Assembly (NCBI GenBank): GCA_051362555.1 | Contig: CM120640.1 | Coordinates: forward strand, 53,980,788 to 54,044,787 | DNA: 64,000 bases | Direction: 5' to 3' | DNA from: Lingula anatina | Lineage: Eukaryota > Animalia > Brachiopoda | Part shown: one piece after another, positions 58,789-64,000 of the stretch | Numbering within the stretch: position 1 is the stretch's first letter | Layout: each line of letters starts with the position of its first letter | Position numbers and translations under genes: made by a program | Notes under the pieces: model-generated | Databases searched by the model: none | What the model was told of the DNA's origin: nothing | What the model saw: only the letters and a program-made list of their open reading frames with translations

Positions 58789-60319
58789 ATGAAAACAAAG
58801 GGTGCTATCACAGAGGATGTTTTCCCAAGTCCAAGCACTCCAATGACTCCCAAAATTACACCACAACAAAAGAAAGTGCTACTTAACAGAGCAAATGCCA
58901 CTAAGCATGCATGGGAGACAAGTTTCTTAATTGTTAACAACAACCTGTCTAACATTGAAGCAAGTCATGCTGCATTAATAATGCGAATGGATAACTTTCT
59001 ACAAATCCAAGCAAACAATACAAATACTTTAATGGGACTTATGAAAGCCCAATCTGAAAAAATTAACTCCCTGAACAAAAAGTGCTCTGAAATAGAAAAT
59101 CAACTGAAGCAGATTAAAACCCAGTCTGAAGAAATACATTCAATCACCCAAAAATATTCAAATATGGAGAAAGAAATGCGAGACATCAAAACTACATCCA
59201 ACAATCTCACTAAAACCTGTCTTGGAATGGAAAATAAACTTCAAGAAATGAAAGAGTTACACCTAAATTCTGTGATACAAGACAGTCAAGTCGGATCCAA
59301 ATCAGCCCCTCAGGAGCTAGAGCACAAGAAACAGAACATTGCAGATGTCCGCATAAAAACAACAGGTGAATGTACAGACAAAGATGGACAATCAAAAGCA
59401 GCATCCAACAAAAGTAACACTGTGAAAAAGAGTACAGATAACACAAATAAGCCAGTAAAAGGCATGAAAAAAGAAGAGAGAAAAGATGCTGAAATCCCTA
59501 CTCCGAAAATGTCATATGCAGAGACAGTCAAAGAGAGCTCTAAGAGAATAAAGAAACCCCAGAATGAAATAAATTTGAAAGCGAGGACGGGGGAAGCACG
59601 CAAAAATGATACAAATAAACCAAAGCAACTGAAAAAAATCCAGCAACAACGTGTCTATAGAGCACATACCTGTATATGTCAGAGGCGGTGTCAGTGAAAT
59701 GCATCACTACATAGAAAATATGAACGGTACTCCAGACTTTGATCATGTCGTAATTCACACTGGGACAAATGATTTGAAAGGGAATCAAGACAAGCTCTTC
59801 ACTGGATATGAAACCCTCATTAATTCAGTAAAAGGAAAATTCACAAATAGCAGCATCACATTCTCAGGCATTATTCCCAGGAGTGACATGGCCTACTACA
59901 CAGTAAACAAGATCAACAGAAGCTTAGAAAAGCTATGTGCCACAAAAGGAGTAAAATTCCAATGCAATGATATAGTTGTATTCAATGATATGGGGGAGAT
60001 AAGCTGTGATGTCCTCCACGATGCCGTCCATCTAAATGATCGCTGTGGCCTTCCTAGACTTATTCTACACACAAAGCATATGTTGGGTCTCAGAAAGGAT
60101 GATATTGAATGTTTGAATGATAGCAATCGCTTCTTCACACCAAAGCAACAACTATACAGGTCCATTAGAGCGGATTCAAGGAGATGGCATTCTGGACATA
60201 CAGCTCACAAAATGCCAAGGATGTCTCAGCGTGTCAACGAGTATAGGTCACATACAAACAAGTTGTGTCACACGGGATCACATTTATATTCAGTTGGATA
60301 CTACAAGGATAGAAACTAG
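58789..60319 (+). pseudogene. LINE ORF1: coiled coil + SGNH/GDSL esterase, frameshifted near 59640
   Basis: Heptad-rich region in the 302-aa frame; VVIHTGTNDL (block III) and DAVHLN (block V) in the 222-aa frame. Confidence 0.8.
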
Positions 60320-60327
60320 TCAATGAG

Positions 60328-63300
60328 ATGCCGGGTATGTTATCTATTCAGAAAAAAGACAAAATGAAAAAGACAGCTTCGTTGGAAAGTCTACAAATAG
60401 GGTGTTGGAATGTACAGGGACTGGGACAGAAACTCCAGGACCCCGATTTCGTCAATTATATTTCACGCTACGATTTAGTAGCTCTTACTGAAACTTGGAC
60501 TGATCAAACACATTTACCATCTCTTCCTGGATTTATTATGTTCCATAGCTATAGAAAGTCAAAGCCAAACTCTGCGCGCCGAAACTCGGGTGGAATTTTA
60601 GTTTTTGTAAAAAAGTGCATTAGTGCTGGTATAGAAAAACTAAAATGTAGAAGTGAAAACATATCCTTAGTATTAAACTTAAAAAGTCTTTTTTTCATAC
60701 ATGCAAGGATATCACTCTACTTACTGTATATATCAGTCCAGCAAACTCTAGCTATAGTGTACGCACCAATGTAGACATGTTTGACTCTCTCCACGAGGAA
60801 ATAACTCAAGTTGCCAACAGTTCTCATGTGATTGTTCAAGGCGATTTTAATGCTTATACAAATGTTCACCCAGACTTTGTGCAGGAGGACTCTGTTAATC
60901 ATATACCCATAGCTAATGGGTTTTACTCCTGTGATTTACCAGGTTTTAGAAACAATATGGACTCTCACAAGGTGAACGATTTTGGAAAGAAACTTCTGGA
61001 CTTATGCAAAACTTGTAATGTGAGAATTTTAAACGGAACAAAAATAGGAGATCTGGTAGGAAGGTACACTAGTTACCAGCACAGTAGATGGGTGCAGCAC
61101 AGTAGATTATGTGGTGTGTAGTTCCGAACTTGCTAGAAGTATTTTGTTCTTTAAAGTAGAGGACCTTACCCCCTACTCAGATCATTGCCTACTTCAATAC
61201 ATCTTACCCTGTCATATTACCCAGAAAAATTCACATACAAGCAACGTACATCCTATACCATCAAAATATAGGTGGTCAAAAGACTCAGGTAAAAAATTTT
61301 AAGTGCGCTCTCCAGCGTAGAAAGCCAACAACTGATCTCAAAATTTTATGAAACCAGTAACCCTGAAACATTAGTAACTAGATTTAACGCCATAATGAAA
61401 TCTGCAGCAGACAAATCACTATGTTGCATTAGGCAATTGAAAAGGAAACGGCCAGTAAGAAAAAAGTGTGGTACACAAAATCTCTGCTAGAAATGAAACA
61501 AGAACTAAAAACTTTAGCAAAATCTAGAAGTAAATACCCAAATGACCCAGTTGTGGTGGGGACTTTTTATAAATCCCTAAATAAATACAAAAGAACCTGC
61601 AAAAAAGCCTCTTATGAATATAAGGCGAGCCTCCTTGAAAAACTTCAAAATATGGAAGGGAAAGATCCAAAGGCTTTTTGGCAAACTGTACAAGATCTAA
61701 ACACTAGTAAAAATAAATCAAATTCTACAGAACATGTTGATCCGCTAACTTTTTTTGAACATTTTAAAAAACTCAGCAGCAGCGCTGACTTGGGCAAATA
61801 TGACGACATCTTTAAACAAATGCTTGAGTCTCAGTTGCCAGTTAAAGAGGCTGAAAATGCAAATTTTGACAGTTTAGATCATGAAATAACACAGGCTGAA
61901 ATACTTAAGCAAATCAAGACGCTAGGGACAGGCAAATCTCCGGGTGAAGATAGAATCACCAATGAAATGCTGAAAGCGAGTACGGCAATCATAGTACAGG
62001 TACTGCATAAACTATTCAATGCAGTATTTTTGAGTAAACAATACCCAAAAATATGGAATAAAAGTTTCATTGTTCCCCTCCATAAATCTGGTGATCCCAG
62101 TAATGTAGACAATTACCACGGTATCTCTATATCTAGTTGTGTAGGAAAACTATATAATTCCATTCTGCTTTCAAGACTGAAAAAGATATGCTCACAACAG
62201 AGTGTCCCTCAACCCAACCAAACTGGTTTCATGGAAGGACATAGCACCTCCAATAACTTATTTGTCCTGAAATCTATAGTCACAAAGTTAACAAGATCTA
62301 GGAAACGTTTATATGCCTGCTTTGTAGATATGAGTAAAGCTTTTGATAGTGTATGGAGGAAAGGTCTCCTCTATAAATTACTGAAACTCAATGTAGGGGG
62401 AGTGTTCTATGCCAACATTCGATCAATGTATGATCAGGCTACAGCTTGTGTAAAAACTTCCAGTGGCTTAACTGATTGTTTTCCAACGATGAAAGGTGTC
62501 AAGCAGGGAGACACTCTCAGCCCCTTTTTATTTAATATATTTGTGGATTTAATGTAAAGCTCATTGATGATGTCAAAAGCGATTCTCCCATAATAAACAA
62601 CAAACCCGTCACAGGTCTCTTCTACGCGGACGATCTTGTACTGCTGTCAACTAGTGCCTCTGGTTTACAGTACAGTCTTAATCGTATTGAAGCTTACTGT
62701 TTTACATGGAGACTCTCTATAAATCTTTCAAAAACAAAAATTATTATCTTCAATAGCAAGGGAAAGGTACAGAACAACCAGGTGCAGTGCAAAGAAAAAT
62801 TTTTTCTGTATAACAGTCAGTTAACAATAGTTCCCAGTTACATGTACCTTGGTATTCTCTTTACAAGATCAGGTAATTTCACAGCTGCTCAACTGAACTT
62901 ATACGAAAGGGCACAGAAAGCGCTCTTTAGTCTGAAAAGTTATATGCCACTCTGTAGTAGTATATCGTCCTCACTTAAAGAAAAATTATTTGACACTATG
63001 ATCATACCGGTGGCTACATATGCTGTTGAAGTCTGGGGCTCCTCTAGAATCACCGACAAATCTCCGGTAGAAAAAATCCATTTACGCTTTTGTAAAGAAC
63101 TCCTAGGTGTACATTCTAAAAGTACAAACCAAGCTGTCAGAGGAGAACTCAGTAGGCTACCAGTATCCTTTAAAATCCAAACACAACTTATAAAATTTTG
63201 GCAGAAAATATTAAACTCGGAGGATAATAGTTTGTTGAAACAGGCCTACCTAGATGAAATAGAAAATTACAAACTTTTAAACACATCCAACCTTACAGAG

Positions 63301-63897
63301 ATAAAGCAGGAAAGCATGTCATGGTGCGAAGGTGTGAGACAAATACTTTTTGAGAATGGCTTTGGTGATGTGTGGCTAGCCCAAAGATACGATAAAAACT
63401 TTATCCAGCGGTTTAGGGAAAGAATCAGGGACAGAATAACACAAGAATGGCAGAGAGACATAACCAACACCAAGTCCAAATTACAAGTTTATTGTCAATA
63501 CAAGAACAAATGTGTGAAGGAAAGATACTTAGATACAATTAAAGATAGAGATAAATGCACCACTTTAACCAGATTCCGCATAAGTGCACACAACCTAGGT
63601 ATTGAAACAGGTAGACATGAAAAAATTCCCCAAGCTGACAGAATTTGCAAAAAGTGCCATTCTGGTGAAATAGAAGATGAAATCCATTTCCTAGTGTCAT
63701 GCCCCCTTTATACAGACCTTCGATATGATCTTTATTCAATATACAAAAAACAACATAGTCACTTTGAGCATCTTACCAGAATGGATAAATTTAAAACCCT
63801 AATGACTGGAAAGAATAAAGAACATATTATTGCTCTTGCCAAGTATTTATGGTTAGCCTTCCAAAAAAGGGACTGTGCTGCACCCATAACCAGTTGA
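60328..63897 (+). pseudogene. LINE ORF2: AP endonuclease + reverse transcriptase, disrupted
   Basis: WNVQGL, LTETW, GDFNA, SDH (APE); KSPGEDRITNEM, QTGF, FVDMSKAFDSV, GVKQGDTLSP, YADD at 62623-62634, YLG. Breaks near 60660, 61085, 61295, 61465 and 62555. Confidence 0.92.
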
Positions 63898-64000
63898 GTA
63901 GGTAGAGCTATTTGGGCTCCGACAAATATGTTTTGTATTTTTTTTCCATACAAGGAGTCATACAATATCACTATTGATAATAATTCATATTTATATATAT

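Larger units (their letters stand above)
58789..63897 (+). mobile_element. Near full-length disabled non-LTR retrotransposon, RTEX-type (CR1/RTE group)
   Basis: Coiled-coil plus esterase ORF1, then APE-RT ORF2 with C-terminal RISAHNLGIETGRH..RICKKC..EDEIHFLVSC zinc-finger-like motif. Multiple frameshifts; the 3' end runs out of the window. Confidence 0.9.

Overview
AT-rich, intron-rich animal genomic DNA, probably a lophotrochozoan invertebrate (inferred from the repeat families; not provable from this window). Two convergent host genes dominate. (1) A TP53BP1/53BP1 orthologue on the + strand: 5' end outside the window, 28 reconstructable exons from 638 to the stop at 19134, with oligomerisation domain, tandem Tudor, UDR and tandem BRCT. 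(2) A sacsin (SACS) orthologue of about 4,445 aa on the - strand (53976 to 24315): three HSP90-like SRR repeats, a J-domain with HPD, HEPN, and one 10,967-nt coding exon. Their candidate poly(A) signals nearly abut at about 21.78 kb. Introns and flanks hold many, often nested, mobile elements: L2 and RTE fragments, a tRNA/Meta-core SINE, Kolobok-like TTAA MITEs, a deleted intron-containing hAT, a decayed Tc1 transposase, Helentron-type (HINE) elements carrying a 161-bp satellite, a TA-flanked element with internal dimeric repeats, and an IS3EU-like foldback element. A near full-length but disabled RTEX-type LINE with an esterase ORF1 ends the window. I found no clear wholly new biological system. 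The most notable observations are conserved or lost regulatory motifs in 53BP1, candidate alternative first exons, the tail-to-tail gene junction, the Ubl-less giant-exon sacsin and satellite growth inside transposons. All human comparisons are from memory and need alignment.
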